Below, piece by piece: positions 12,744 to 26,276 of a stretch of DNA of 64,000 nt. Numbering within the stretch: position 1 is the stretch's first letter; every line of letters begins with the position of its first letter. Source of the DNA: Auanema rhodensis (taxonomy: Eukaryota > Animalia > Nematoda). Made by a program: the position numbers and the translations under genes. The DNA is taken from assembly GCA_964057225.1 (NCBI GenBank), contig OZ059894.1, positions 17,670,001-17,734,000 on the forward strand. The letters run 5' to 3'. The notes beneath the pieces were generated by a model. The model worked only from the letters and a program-made list of their open reading frames with translations, was not told the DNA's origin and made no database searches.

Positions 12744-15700
12744 CTAGACATCGAGCGTGCTCGTTTTCTATAAAAAAAAAACAAAAATATGAAAAATATT
12801 CTATTCTCTATCTATGAATTAATAGAAAATATGTATTAACTTACATTAAGTAATTGAGTTTTTACTTCAATGGTTCCATTCTCAGAAGGTTTTTCGGAAG
12901 ATTGTATTCCTTTAGTATTTATTCCATTTAATTCTACTTCTTCTTCTTCTTCTTCTTCATCAATTAATTTTAGACCTTTAGCCCAATAAATTACCCAAAG
13001 ATCAGATAATAATGAAAAAACTCTCAATCCTCCATATACTACATGTAAACTAAAACAAAAAGAAAAGTACACGCATTAGACATCAAAGAACACTACCGTA
13101 TCCTAAGATCATCGGTATCGTATATAGGACAAGCTCCTGTTTTTCCACAAATATTTTGCCACATTACACAGCTCATATCAAACATTTTTCCCCAAAAAAT
13201 CGGTGATGGTAATGTAGCTGAAAGATATCAGGCTTATTAAGTATATTTATAATTATAATTACCTAATAAGCTGACAAGAAGTCCATTAAAACCTAACGAT
13301 ATACTACGATGTTCAGGTGGAACAGCTCTTAATATTAATTTTATATATAAATATATAATTTATATGTATAAACCTTAATATAATTAACATTCCTGGTACA
13401 ACTCCTAGACCACCAAAGAGTGCTCCTATAGCTTGATGATAGAAATATCTTTTAAATTGATCATAACAATGATCTATAAATAAATAATTATATATAATTA
13501 AAATATAATATTTTACCATTTTCACAATTATCACGACTAACTTCTAAATCTTCTGTTCCAGCACATAAACAGTCACCAAAAGCCACAGAATCATTTTTAA
13601 TCAAATATGGACTCTTAAAGAATAATTATATTTTATTTGTTTTGAACAATTTTTTTTTATTTTAAAAACTTACTTGAAGAGGACATCCAGCATGACATGG
13701 AGAATAAAAAACTTCACCTCTATAATATATAAATATAATCATATTATATTATATTAATTATATAAAATAATAATAATTAACCTTTAAAAACCTTTAATTA
13801 AAATAATTTTTATACTAACCTAGTGTTACATACTGGATAAAATGGCATTTGATCACACATGCAATCAGGTCTACATGATGGGAAAGTGAAATTGCTACTT
13901 CTGAAATTAAAATGTGAATATTAAGATTTTTCAAAAAATAAAATGTTTATATAAGGAGCAATCGTTATCATGCTTGATAAGATATAAATGTAAACATAAT
14001 GTATAGATTATACTAATTATATATTAAAACTTACTGAGCTTGTTCATTAATTAAGTTAATTACTGATTTACATCCAACTGCTCCATTCAAGAATGATAAC
14101 AAGGCAGCTACGGCTGAGCATATTGCAACCCAAGTTGCTGCTTTACGACCTATGTAAATCATTTATTTTATATTAATTATTTACAAGAAAAAGCAAAAGA
14201 CTTAATCTCACATACCTTGTAAACGGAATTTTTTCATCGCAATACTACCAAACATAACTCCACAAGCAAATCCGACAATACCAGTTCCAGCTGAAAGCGG
14301 TAATGAAACTTAATGAAAGAAATTCTATTTAGCTTGTTATTACCTTGCCATTTCTGAATTTGATGCTGTGGTACACCAAATTGAAGTTCAAGATATTTAC
14401 CAAGAAAAACGAAAAATCTGAAACAAATACTTCTATTTTGAATAAATTGTTTTCATATTTTACCCTTTGAATGCAAGAACATCCACAATACGACCTAACA
14501 TAGCACCAACAAAGATAGGATTACGGAATAAAGCTTTGACTGTTACCACAAATTCTAAAAAATTATAAGTTTTTCTCCAATTTTCAAACAAAATTCAAAG
14601 AATTACCATCAATTTTTTCTTTAACAGTTGCATGATCATCATTCTTAACATGACGATCTCTCAAATTCAATTTTTTGGTCTTTTTACGCGGAGCTTCACT
14701 AAACAATGAAATCTTATTATATGTTTATAATAATTTTAATTACATCATTGCTTGTCCTTCAATAGGCATTACATCATTAGATCCATCATCTTCATCCAAA
14801 TCATCAGATGGGAAGAAGAATAAAGCTACAGATGGGAAAAACAGAACACACCTGTAATATACAGTTCATTCATAAATTCTTTACTAATTACTTACCCAAA
14901 GATGAGGAAACCTAACCACCAACATCCGATCCACATTGGATCTTGTGGCCTCAATCCTTCTGGGGCTGAAAAGATCAATTTGAGAAAAAAAACTTTGATC
15001 TAAGAACTTACGACTAAAAGTATAATAAATAGAATTCAGTTTACTACCAACCAATAATCCAATTACAGGTCCAAGAATTTTAACAAAAAACATACAAGCT
15101 GTAATATTATTTGTTTTTACTTTTTTATAATTATAATATTCTAACCAAAATATAAAGGTAAATTATTCTTTTTCACATTATCATCCATAAGAGGCAAACC
15201 CAGTGAAAATGGCATTGTTCTGATAAATTAAAAATAAATTTGTCTCAAATTTGAAAATACCTTCCAACTCCCAAAACTAATAAACCACCAAAAATCATAT
15301 AAAACGGTCCCATACCCTGTTTTTCTTGTTTACATTCATCAACAATATGCTGAAAGATTAGTTTATATTCTTCAAAAATTTCATTTAGAACTCACATCTT
15401 GTCTCAATTTGTTGATAGATGAATGACAAAAAGCATAAGGAAGTGAAGATACGATACGAACTAATGATATCTCATCAGGTGTTACCTCATAAACATTTTC
15501 AAATTCAGCCTGAAAAGCATGACATGAGCATGAAATTCTTTTATAATAAAAAGTTTTAAGGATATGAGAAACTTACTCTAATAGCTTGACAGACGTGAGA
15601 TTTTTCATTATGAGAACAATATGCTTTATATCTTGGATAAATTTCAGAAGAACTCTAAATAAAATTAATTATAAAAAATTAAAAAGCAATATTCAACCAT

Positions 15701-16891
15701 GTTTGGTACAAGAGGAATTTCATTATTCTTATCTAAATACTTGATGGAATCCAAAAACCATTGATCGGGATCATGAGTGAATGTAGCATTAAGGGCATAT
15801 CTACAGAATTTATATAAATTATATTTTATAATAATATTTTTATATTTTACTTCATAATTTCAAAAGGAATGTCTGGCTTAATGTACGTATCATTCACATC
15901 AAATCTTTCAACTGGGAATAGAAAATTCGATGAAGCAATCATAATATTAGCCAGTGAGATGAGAATACAACCTCCACCTATCCATCTGGCACGATTTCCC
16001 TAAATTTTTAAATTTTTGGGTTTTGTTAAATATTTCACACTCATACTTTTCCTCCAAAATAGCTTGTAAACACAACCACAGGAATATAGGCAAAATCTCC
16101 AGCTGATACCATAGTACCACTCAACTTCGACGGAATTTGAAATTGTTTTTCAATGTAAGTAACGGCACTGAAATGAAAATATTACAAAACCGTATTTGTG
16201 TATTGCAACAACTTTAATTCCAACTTGATGTTCTATCTTAACTTAATCATATAAGTAGGTCATTGATTTATATATTATATTATAGTTATCATGAGTTTTG
16301 TTTCATAGTGAAGCTGACCACAATGAGAAATCATATTTATAACTAATATTTTACTCAAAAAATCATTTGAAAATTTGAACTATTATTTTCTAAAGAGATA
16401 AAAAAAAGATTTTTGATAAAAAGATTTACATGCTTGATAAGCGATTAAAACTCTGAGAGGTTTTTGCTTGTTTGTGTTCCAAATACGTATCTGTATCTAT
16501 CTTATGTCTTTCATATTGTATACACATCTAAGCACACAATACAATACATTAAATATCTTCCGAAAAGAACATAAAAACTTTTAAATATGCTTGTTAATGG
16601 AGTAATTATAATGATACTATCAGATATCGTAGAGTACATATTACAGAAGCTTAATGGAATAAACTTACGCAGTCATATAAAACCCTCCGATTGATTCGAG
16701 GAAATATACTGTACCGAACACCAGAAAAAATAGTTTAATCTGAAAAAAAAAATAAAACAATACTATTTGAAATATTTTTGTTATAAGTATGTAGTGCTGT
16801 CAATTAATTTTCACATAATCTGTAGTACCGTAATGGCCAGAAAGAAACTTTTTAAGATAAATGAATGACTTACCTTCGTACTGATATTCAT
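12744..16891 (-). CDS. Organic anion transporting polypeptide (OATP/SLCO family), multi-exon
   Basis: MNISTK|IKLFFLVFG..., IEKQFQIPSKLSG, GNRARWIGGG, Cys-rich Kazal-like loop (CRPDCMC...FYSPCHAGC), ends KTSTLDV-TAG. Confidence 0.93.
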
Positions 16892-18158
16892 GACGAAACT
16901 TTGACTTCGAGCTTTTTGACAGGAAGCTAAAAGCGAAGAAAGAAATAAATTCCGTTAAGAATAGTATAGTATACCAGTATATCAGTTCCAAAAATGAAAT
17001 CAAAACAAGAGAAATATAGTGTCAGGAGAAAGAACCTGTTCAGTGCCAATCAATCCAAGAGTCTTATCGAAATACCTAGTAGAGGTTGATAACAAGCTCA
17101 TTTCGTTTGCTGCAATGATTTCATATTATCATCCAGGTCACATCTTTAAATCATAACAACAGACTAAAAGGATTAATTTATAAGATCACAAAACTTTAAG
17201 AATATAATTAAATATAATGTTTTATTATGTTTACAAGAATTAAATAGAAGATTTTGCACATATTTTGTATTACTTAATATGAAAATATTGTGAAATGAAT
17301 GAAAAATAATAATATTTAATATGGTTTATATTAATAAGATTTTATATATAAGTAAAGTACAATATATAACAATTCAACTTTATATTGTTTTTTCATTTTA
17401 TTTATTATTTTTTTTAGAAAATAACTGATTAATCAATTAATATATAATTATTATCATATGCTAATTTTAGTATAATTCATATCATAAATAAACAATCAAT
17501 AAATATTATTACATGTCAATTGTTTAATTACTATCTGACTTTACTGGTTGCATTCATAATATTATATTCAAAAAATCTATTTTTATTCCTTTTTTTATAT
17601 TTAAAACTTCAAATTTACTTTATTAATAATTGTATGATAATATACTTTTTATGTTTATTTTAAGATTTTCAAATAAATTTGATGAAATTAGCACAAAAAG
17701 CAATTTCATTCGAAAAACAGTTTCAATGCTGCATTGTCAAAGCCTGTATGTTGATTATTGAGTCCATTTGTTCTGTCATACGAATGTCACCACGTCTTAT
17801 TTAAACCAACAATAATCACGAATTTGACAAAGAAATCGAAACCTTTTTGTAGAGATATTATGCAGAGATGGTACGGCTAAAGAAGAAAACATAAAAAGAA
17901 TGAAAAGAGAGAAAGAAAATAAAAAGATTTGAGAGAGAACAGAAATATAGGCGGGAGGAGATAAACAGACCGAACAAATGGAGCTTAGATGTATGAAAGA
18001 ACTGTCCATCCATTCCCTTCAGCCAACCAATCCAGTATCTTCCCTGTCTGCTCCACCGTTTTGACATCAGTTTCAATTTTCTTGATCATCTGAGTTTAAC
18101 ACATCCCTCTCTTCTGTTTCAGCTGCTTGGTCGTCTGAAGCATAGCTCTTCAATAGCG

Positions 18159-19503
18159 ATGTTACTTCCATTATTTCTGCTGATTAATACTTATATCTCA
18201 GTACTTCATGGCTTTATGCCTGAACCTGATTTAACTAATTCTATTTATAATCCAAGAGGTGGTATTGAACCTATAGATTATGATAACGAGGGATCTAATA
18301 GTAAGTTAATTTCTAAAAAAATATTCAATCTATCAATTTGAAAAACAATTACGTTTTCAATATTATAGCATTCTCTTATTCTATTTTAAAAAATATTCTA
18401 TGAAAAATGATTGAAGTTAAAAAAATGAGTTGAATAATCTTTTTTTCGAAAGTAATTTTCAATCTGTAACTTTAGCCCTTGTTGAACTTGAAAAAAGTTC
18501 TGAAAATGTGGAAGAGCCGTCAATGAGTCCATACCGTAAAATGACTTTCCGGCGAAGAAATATCAACAGTGGAAGCTTTTTAGGGTAAATAAAAAATTGA
18601 TCTTTTCACACATTTTCTGTTTTGTTCATTATGGAATCTTCTGTATCTTTATAGTTCTTCCGGGTTATCTCCGTTTTCTCGAATGGCTTATAAATCAGCA
18701 TATGGATCTAATAGAGGATCTTCATTTTATCGAAACAGGTATGAGTTCAAGAATTTGATCGAATAATATTTTTAAATTTTCTTAAATTGCTATTACGTAT
18801 CTGTACATTGATAGATTGTCAAATTACGGTGGTTCTATGGGAACATTCCCTACTTCTTTTTCATCTATTGGTGGTAATCAAAGATTAATTTATATTAGTA
18901 TATTTAAATTTTAAGACTCATACAATCCAAGAAAAACTTTCCAAAGTGGCTTATTACGTGGGAACTCCAGAAATATGGGATACTATGGAAGCCTTAATGC
19001 AATGCGTAACAAATACAAATCAAGACCATTAGACTCTTATTCCAAAAGTTGTTAAAGAACAAATACAGAGGAAATATTTGTATATTCAGATGCTTATGGC
19101 ACAAATGATTTAATGAGCAGCTTTTCGACTATGCCAAACGAGTATGGAGCTAAGCCTTTCATTCCAAGCCTTGGAAATGCTGGGTCCTTCATTCCTTCAG
19201 TTCCAGATCAAAGTAAAGCGCCGTTCACTATATCATGAACACAACCCGTTATTTTCAGACCGTTTCCCTTCTAATGTCGATTACATGTCACCTTTTGACG
19301 GTCGTTTAGCCGCCTCTCTAAGGCGGGAAAGTGATCCGTTCAAATCACAGATTTCTTCAAACAATTGGTCAGGAACGGTAGGCTTATCACTAATCTTCCG
19401 AAATGTTAATCTATTATTTTTTAAGTTCCGAAGTCCGTCTGAACGAGATGAAGCAATCTTGGATGGGTATGCAGATGCAAGCAAGAAAGTGGCCAAACTT
19501 TAA
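18159..19503 (+). CDS. Uncharacterised secreted Gly/Ser/Asn/Tyr-rich protein, multi-exon
   Basis: Signal-peptide-like MLLPLFLLINTYISVLHG, GT-AG exon chain, last exon FRSPSERDEAILDGYADASKKVAKL-TAA; internal exon boundaries only partly checked. Confidence 0.7.
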
Positions 19504-19883
19504 AGTTAACATATTGTACAGACATATATTTTCATATTTATTAAGATAATTTATTTTTCTACATAAATAGAAAAAATGAGTACACAAAACATCAGGTGTG
19601 AAACACCTAGAAACCAGTAAAAAGGGGAAATTAAAGACCCAGGTGTAAACACCGTATGGAACATATTAAGAACCGGAAATATTCGAGGAACATTTGTATG
19701 TATAAAAAAAGAAAACATGCACACTATATACCCTGAATCACGACAAGTAACCCTAAAGTTAGTCTCGCCCATTAAAATCAAATTGCGAGAAAACTAAAGA
19801 GTTCACTGAATTTTTGTCAAACGTCCAAAAAAGGACAAAGCTTTAAACATTTAGAATACAATAACTTTAAGATCGTACAAAAC

Positions 19884-20854
19884 TTAAGAAGCAGCACTGA
19901 CAGGGTTGGGGGTAGCGGCAGCAGCCTGGGGTCCCTTTAAAGGTAAAACAATACGTGGCTTAACCATTGATGAAGTGCGGGCTGAGGAATCTTTATGAAC
20001 TTCATATCTGCAACTGAAATTTGTTATTTTCATGTTCTTTATCAAATGTCACCTGAGTGGTTCACTATCAGGAATGCCGAGCTTAGCTTTGAGTACATAA
20101 CCAATTCTTGTGTTCACATCATCCTTAGTAGCATCACGGGTCCAAAGGGAGACCTTAGAAAGTTAAGTATAAAGTAAAATATGACATGTGTAAGCCACCT
20201 TGTCTCCTTTTTGGCGAACATTAACTACAGCGCCGCAGATATATTCTCCTAAGTCCTCAAATTGCTCTCCGATAATAGCCATCAAAAGTTCCATCCAATA
20301 ATGATCAAGAAGTTGGGCACGTCTCTGTAAAACACCAGCTTTGTGAAGGATTTAACAATTGGAATACCTGCTTGTCAACAACAACGAGCCAACGTCCTCC
20401 TTTAACATTACTCTCGTCCTCCCACATTGGCTTGATTCCCTTCAACAGCTCAATATAGAAATATCACACTTTACAAAATACCTCTTTAAAAAGATAATAA
20501 TCAGAACCCCAGTTCAATCCGCTGGCAGTTTGAATATGATTGTATAAGGCCCAGAAGTCTTCAACAGATTCAAAAACTGATACCATCTTTAACGAAATGG
20601 TGAAACAAGAATATTATTTGCACTCAAACCTTTAAACACTCTTCCCAATCCTTGTTACGGTCATTTTTCAAATACCATAAAGCCCAACGAGATTGAAGAG
20701 GATGTTTAATCAATAATTCCTTAGATAATCCAACGACTTCAGTCGATTTCTGCTCATTCTACCATAAGTAATGGATAAAATTAAAAATTAAAACAAAGCT
20801 TACTTCAACATTTGATTCATTTGGTTCAGATGAGCTCGACTTATTAGCGCTCAT
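19884..20854 (-). CDS. ife-3: Cap-binding translation initiation factor eIF4E (IFE-3 orthologue)
   Basis: HPLQSRWALWYLKNDRNKDWEECLK, VEDFWALYNHI, GLNWGSDYYLFKEGIKPMWED, YEVHKDSSARTSS, closely matching C. elegans IFE-3 as I recall it. Confidence 0.95.
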
Positions 20855-21159
20855 TTTAAAAGATTTAAAAAATTAACTTCACCAAATAAAGATAAAACTA
20901 AGGTAAATTTAGCGTTCGCTAGAAGCGCACTGTTTCAAATGAATAGTTTCCCGAAAGAACGAACCCATGCCGGGCTTTATTTTTAAGGCATTCGTGCTGG
21001 GACCAAATCTAAGTTTAATTTCTGCCTTATGCTAAATATGTATATGTAAAAGCGTTACATATAAAAATGAATTAAATTAAACAAATTGAAAAAGAAATAA
21101 ATAATGCAAAAATTAGAGGTTAAAAAAGAGTATAGAATTTAAATTGAGAAATTTCAAAT

Positions 21160-24113
21160 TAATATTAAATGCTTAAAATGATATCATTCATGCTATAATT
21201 TTTCTTATTATTTTTGTATGTTTTAGTATATTGTGAAGTTATTGAAAGATTATAATCAAAATAGTTAAAATAACATCTACTATGGCTAATTTGAATGCAC
21301 GATTTTTTGTGCAAACATAAGGGCACACTTGCTTAAAACAATTGGAAGTTATTAATAAAATTATAAAATCAAAAAGGGGCAAGGCTGAAAAACGCGTGAG
21401 GACTGTAACGTACGAATAGTTCTAAGAAATTCTGTTAACGATGCATTTTTCCAATTATGTTCAATATCTAATGTTTTACACTGATTTGACTGAAGGGATT
21501 TCCCTCAATGTACAGTATTTACCTCGAAATGAATTCTCGCCTGAGATATTAAACCATTGAACTATTTATTAATTAGTTCGGAATAAATTCGTCTGTTTAT
21601 CCTGTCCTCATGTCCGTTTAGGTGGTTTATTTTCATAACATTATTTCAAAAATTATTAAATTACGAATACAAATCTCTTTAACAAAATATTCAAAAATAT
21701 TCAATTTGGAAATCAGTTTATTCATGTTTCAATGATAAGTTTTGCATTTTTTACCAATTTCCCTAGCTATTATACATCATTGCATATGGTAATGATATTC
21801 TTGATCAGCGGTAAGATATAATTAAAGGACTGAACTAATCGGAGTCCTAGCACGAAATCTCGGAGGCCCTCTGTCGCATCGGCCGTATGTTCTTATATTA
21901 TGTGACACATAGAAAAGAAACAGCAAAATATTAAATAAATACTAGTGTTCAACGGTCAGCTTCCATATGTGATTCTTTATTTTACTTTCAATGCCAAGAA
22001 ACTTTGATATTTTAGAAAAATATTTATGGTGATTTCTAATTATATCATGAATTGGAAATTTTAAAGAATGCAAATGTTAGAAAAAAGTTGTATTCAAGTT
22101 TCTCATCACATTTCAATCAAAAATTCAAGATTTATCGATTGTTCGCGTTTTCACGTAAATATAATTTTTTGTTTGGTCTTCTACTGAACGGTTGCTTACT
22201 GAATTCAAGTAGTTTTCCATTTTTCAACTAAGCTGTTTGTATCTATATCACTTCGACTAAAATAAATATCTTAACAGAAAAAGATAGCTTTAGGAAAATA
22301 ATGTTGAAATATTGCTGTCTCTATTGAGTACTAAGAAAACTCATCTTTAAAATTTTCAAATGTTTTCTTTAAACAAAATGAGCAGTTACAGAGATTGAAT
22401 ATGAACTTTTGACTTCTATGTGCGTACAGTTTTTAAAGTACTTTTCGACTTAAAGTTGTAGTTCCTTGTAGCATTTTTTTCCTTTACATCTATATTAATT
22501 GTTTAAAAGTTGGTAAAAACGGATTCCTTGATTTCTAATCATCGAAATTTTGTTTCTCGTTTTGTAATTGAATAAATAAGAACATTATAAGCTTAACCAT
22601 GTGGGTGGTTAATAAGTTTTCTTTGAACAAAATGGAAGTACTGCGTTCAAAGTGTTATTAATAGGTTTTGACACAATTCCTTAAAATTCGATTCTTAAAT
22701 TATGTTTTAAGTCGTTTGAAGTTGCTCTGGGCTGCTTTTCCTTTCGTCTAATTGAATGACGTTTGCAATTTCTTCATCTGCCTACATACAAACATCCTGA
22801 TTCACCTTTAGTGAAATCTTTCTTTCATTTTCTATTTTAAAATTTTTGTTCGAAAATTCTAAATTGTTTAAAATTCTTAGGCAATTTCCGTCACTTTTTT
22901 TAGCTTCTTATCCCATTAGTTACTTTTGAAATAAGCTGTTTAGTAAGATTTGTGATGTTCCGCCTTTCTTTATATATCGTGCATTGAATTACTATTTTTA
23001 TATTTATCTCTGAAACATAAATTTTTGTCTTTCCTCAAACTTGAATAACCTAGCATCATTTAGTAATTTTCCGGAAAAAAAGACCAAAAATACAAATAAA
23101 TTATTCACCAATTTAATATTTTGCCAAATGTTTCTTCTCTCGCGTGTCTCTTGTTTGTAAAATGCTTTTGTTCGTGTCAAAAATTATTATAATGGCCTGT
23201 TAGAAATAGTTTTTTTGGCTTTTGATTTTTTAAAAAAGAAATAAATAAAAAAAAGTATAATACAAACCCTAATCAAAGTGTAGTAATTCAAAGCTAGTCC
23301 CCAACGTTTTTCTAATCTCCTCTAGCATTATATCCAAACCACAACCATTGTTATATGGTAGTTTCTAATAATAATAATAACCAACATTTGTCTTTTCGGA
23401 GCTCTGTACATCATGTTCTTCGTTTTTGAAATTCTGCTCCTTTTCTATTCTGTCCTCTATACTATATCTTGTTCTTTCTTTATTTTTTTCTTTAAGCTAC
23501 AACAGTATTTCTATATATATTAGATTATAAAATAAATTTTTCTTGATGATCGTAACAACCATGAATAATATTCTGTTTTAGACAGAAAAAACTACAACAC
23601 CAATTAACCTTTAGCGTAGTCGTAATAATATTTTAATTCTCTTGGGCGAAATAGTACAATTTGGGCCATTTGTCTTTCTTTTAGGAATAAAAATGTTTTA
23701 AAGTATTTTTACTTTCAAACATATTTAACGAACTGTCTCATCTCATGCTCGATGTCCTCTATGTCTTCGTCAATTGAGCTAGTTGAAACACAGAATAAAC
23801 TAACTGCTTATTACTTCATCAAATTCATAAATGATATTAACTCATTGACTAGTTTCGAGGCAGGCTGCTGCTTTTCAGCATTTCTCATATCAACCACCAT
23901 ATTTGAACTTTATAGGAAACCGCTAGTTTTAACATTTGTAAGCTCTGTTTGTCTTTTTTGGTCAATAGTGATCAAATTTAGCAATCTTTGACTGTGGCAT
24001 TTTAGCTTTTTCTCATAATTACTTTTATTTCCACTGTCAGACTGCAGTAGATTCCGGGGTTTCCGATGAAGCTAACTAGTTTTACAATAGGTCATTAAAG
24101 TTTTTCCTGGCAT
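21160..24113 (-). other. Stop-codon-riddled multi-exon gene X (recoded gene or pseudogene); 3' end uncertain
   Basis: ATG 24113; exons 24113-23815, 23778-23713, 23677-23609, 23572-23268, 23196-23109, 23049-~21160 joined by phase-compatible GT-AG introns (36, 35, 36, 71, 59 nt); ~48 in-frame stops by hand count; no frameshift needed. Confidence 0.6.
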
Positions 24114-24147
24114 TCCGACGAAAAATAGCACTATTTCTCTATACTAA

Positions 24148-24174
24148 CAGCGATAGGATAAAAAAATTCTATGA
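24148..24174 (-). promoter_or_regulatory. Bipartite upstream motif TCATAGA-N11-CTATCGCTG (gene X)
   Basis: Same 16 fixed bases and same spacing as 53226-53252; ~35 nt upstream of ATG 24113. Confidence 0.7.
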
Positions 24175-25934
24175 GCTAGCTGTCTAGGCAGAGAAGCGTC
24201 ACAAACCTCTGATAGAGCGAAATAGAGTGAAGGATGCAAGATGAATAAGAGAGGAAAATATAGAGAAAGAAAAGGGGAGAATAAGAGAGAGAGAGATGGA
24301 AAGAGGGTGGCAAAGAGAGGGAAAGAGGAAATAAGAGAGTATAGAGAATGGTAAAAGGAGAAAAGAGGGATGGGCAACAAACGAACGTAAAAAAAACTTA
24401 TTTCTAGCCAATTCTGTCTGTCTCCCTCTTTTCTTAGTATGTATTCCGCTGATGTCGTATTTTCTTGTTAACATGTTTAGAAAGCAAGCTAAATAAAATG
24501 TCAAAAAATATATTCTTTGCTAACTCTTGGAATACGGTTTCCAACATTTACTTTTATATTAACTTATGTATCAATTATACAATCTTACTTGCTTTTATCT
24601 GTTCATGAGCTATACCTTTTGGAAGCAAGAGATGAAAAAAAAAGAGATTTTTTCGTTTGGCTTTGTTCAGTTAGAAAACTGAAAAAAGTCAAAATATTTT
24701 TCCTGATCATCAATTTTTTATTTTCTAATCATACTGAACTAACATACCTTTTCATTGACTTTGTTTTGTTTATCCTGATTTTCTCTTTTCGGTTCAGCAT
24801 TAGCTTTCTAGGCTTTTTAGGTCCTATTCGGTTTTCCGCACTAGAGATTGTGGCAAGAAATTTTAAAGAAAAGCGAAATACATTAAGCTTTAAGCAGATG
24901 ACTGAATTCATCCAACTTTAGGTCTGTCGTCGTCTTCGTCATCGTCTGGCCATCTCCCCTCTCTCACTTAGCCCCATAAACCACTTAGCTTTTCGTTTGA
25001 GTCCCATCGGTTTTCCACAAGACAAAACATTGAACGGATTATGTTTATTTCGCTGACTTGCCAAGCTTCTATTTGGATCTAAAACTTCTCAAAAGAAAAC
25101 TATACAGTAATGGTCAGCAAACAAATTTTATTTTTATGAAATGTTGAAAACCAAAAAAAACTGCTCACAAAATTCAAAAAAGGAGATTAATGTAATACTC
25201 ATTTCCCTTTTGCTTCCTGTGTTGATGACCATTCTACAAACCGACTTCTCCTGCTCTCCCTTTCTCTCTCCTCTCGTATTCCTTGTCATCGTTCAACAGC
25301 ATCCCGCATCAGCAGAATCCATAGCCGTCATCATCTGGCAGCTTCCTTTCCGGACTTAATTTCCAGAAATGTCGCTTTCTTTCATGTTTGTGTGTCATGA
25401 TCTGCCTTCCACACATATGCATGTAGTTCATTCTATCCTTTTATGAAGCCCGGATCCTCGAGCTCTTTTCCTCAGTCTCTTTTTCTTTTATAATCTTTTT
25501 GTCTAATTCTATCGCTTTTCATATATAATTCGTTCATTTCTACTCAAAGTTATGAATATGCTTCAAGTATTGATTCATTTCATCAAATGAACTAGTGAAG
25601 TTTACATCATATTTTATCAATCTCCTTTTATTCTTCCCTGCTCCTCCTCTTTCGTCGTTGTCGTCATCATCAGTCTTCCCGTTCTTTTTAAAGCCAAGTT
25701 TGTCAGAGAAAAAAAGAAGATATATGTATAGATAAAAATATACATACATGTATATAAATAATATAAAATATAAATGTATATATACATATTTTTTTCATTT
25801 TAATACGAAGAGATATAAGAAAAAGAATAAGATATATAGAGGGCAAGAGAGAAAGAGACAGCGCGAGATGGAAAGATGAAGAGAAAAAGAGGGCGAAGAG
25901 TGAAACTTGGAGAATGCAGGGACACAGAGAGAGA

Positions 25935-26276
25935 GGTCCTCATATCAATGCGATCGGATGGTGTAGGCCTGGGCCTCTAGACTTGAGGCTGCTTGCCTGA
26001 CTGGCTGAGCTTGCATGGGCCCATATCCGTATGCAGTCGTCTCCCCTATCGCCTGGGCTTTCGCATTGATTTTCCGTGCAGGGCCAATGAGCGCCGATGG
26101 CAAATTCCATTCTATCCACCATCTGAGGGAAACGGATTCCATCAACGCAGTCAAAGTAACCACTTCCACCGGAGGCTTTCTACTAACCTTAGCTTTGCTT
26201 TTTTCGGCAAAAGCTTGATCAAAATTGTTCCAAGCAGGACTATATATGAAGGTTTCCATCAGTCATCAGAACAATT
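25935..26276 (+). ncRNA. Candidate structured non-coding RNA with pseudoknot or kissing interaction
   Basis: GC-rich island between GA tracts with several 6-10 bp helices (see findings); G-U pairs favour the + strand. Confidence 0.45.

Noticed and set aside
26223-26276. Hammerhead-like CTGATGA...GAAAC...GTC on the minus strand
   Set aside because: Stem II is essentially absent and 8 extra nt separate the cleavage triplet from stem I
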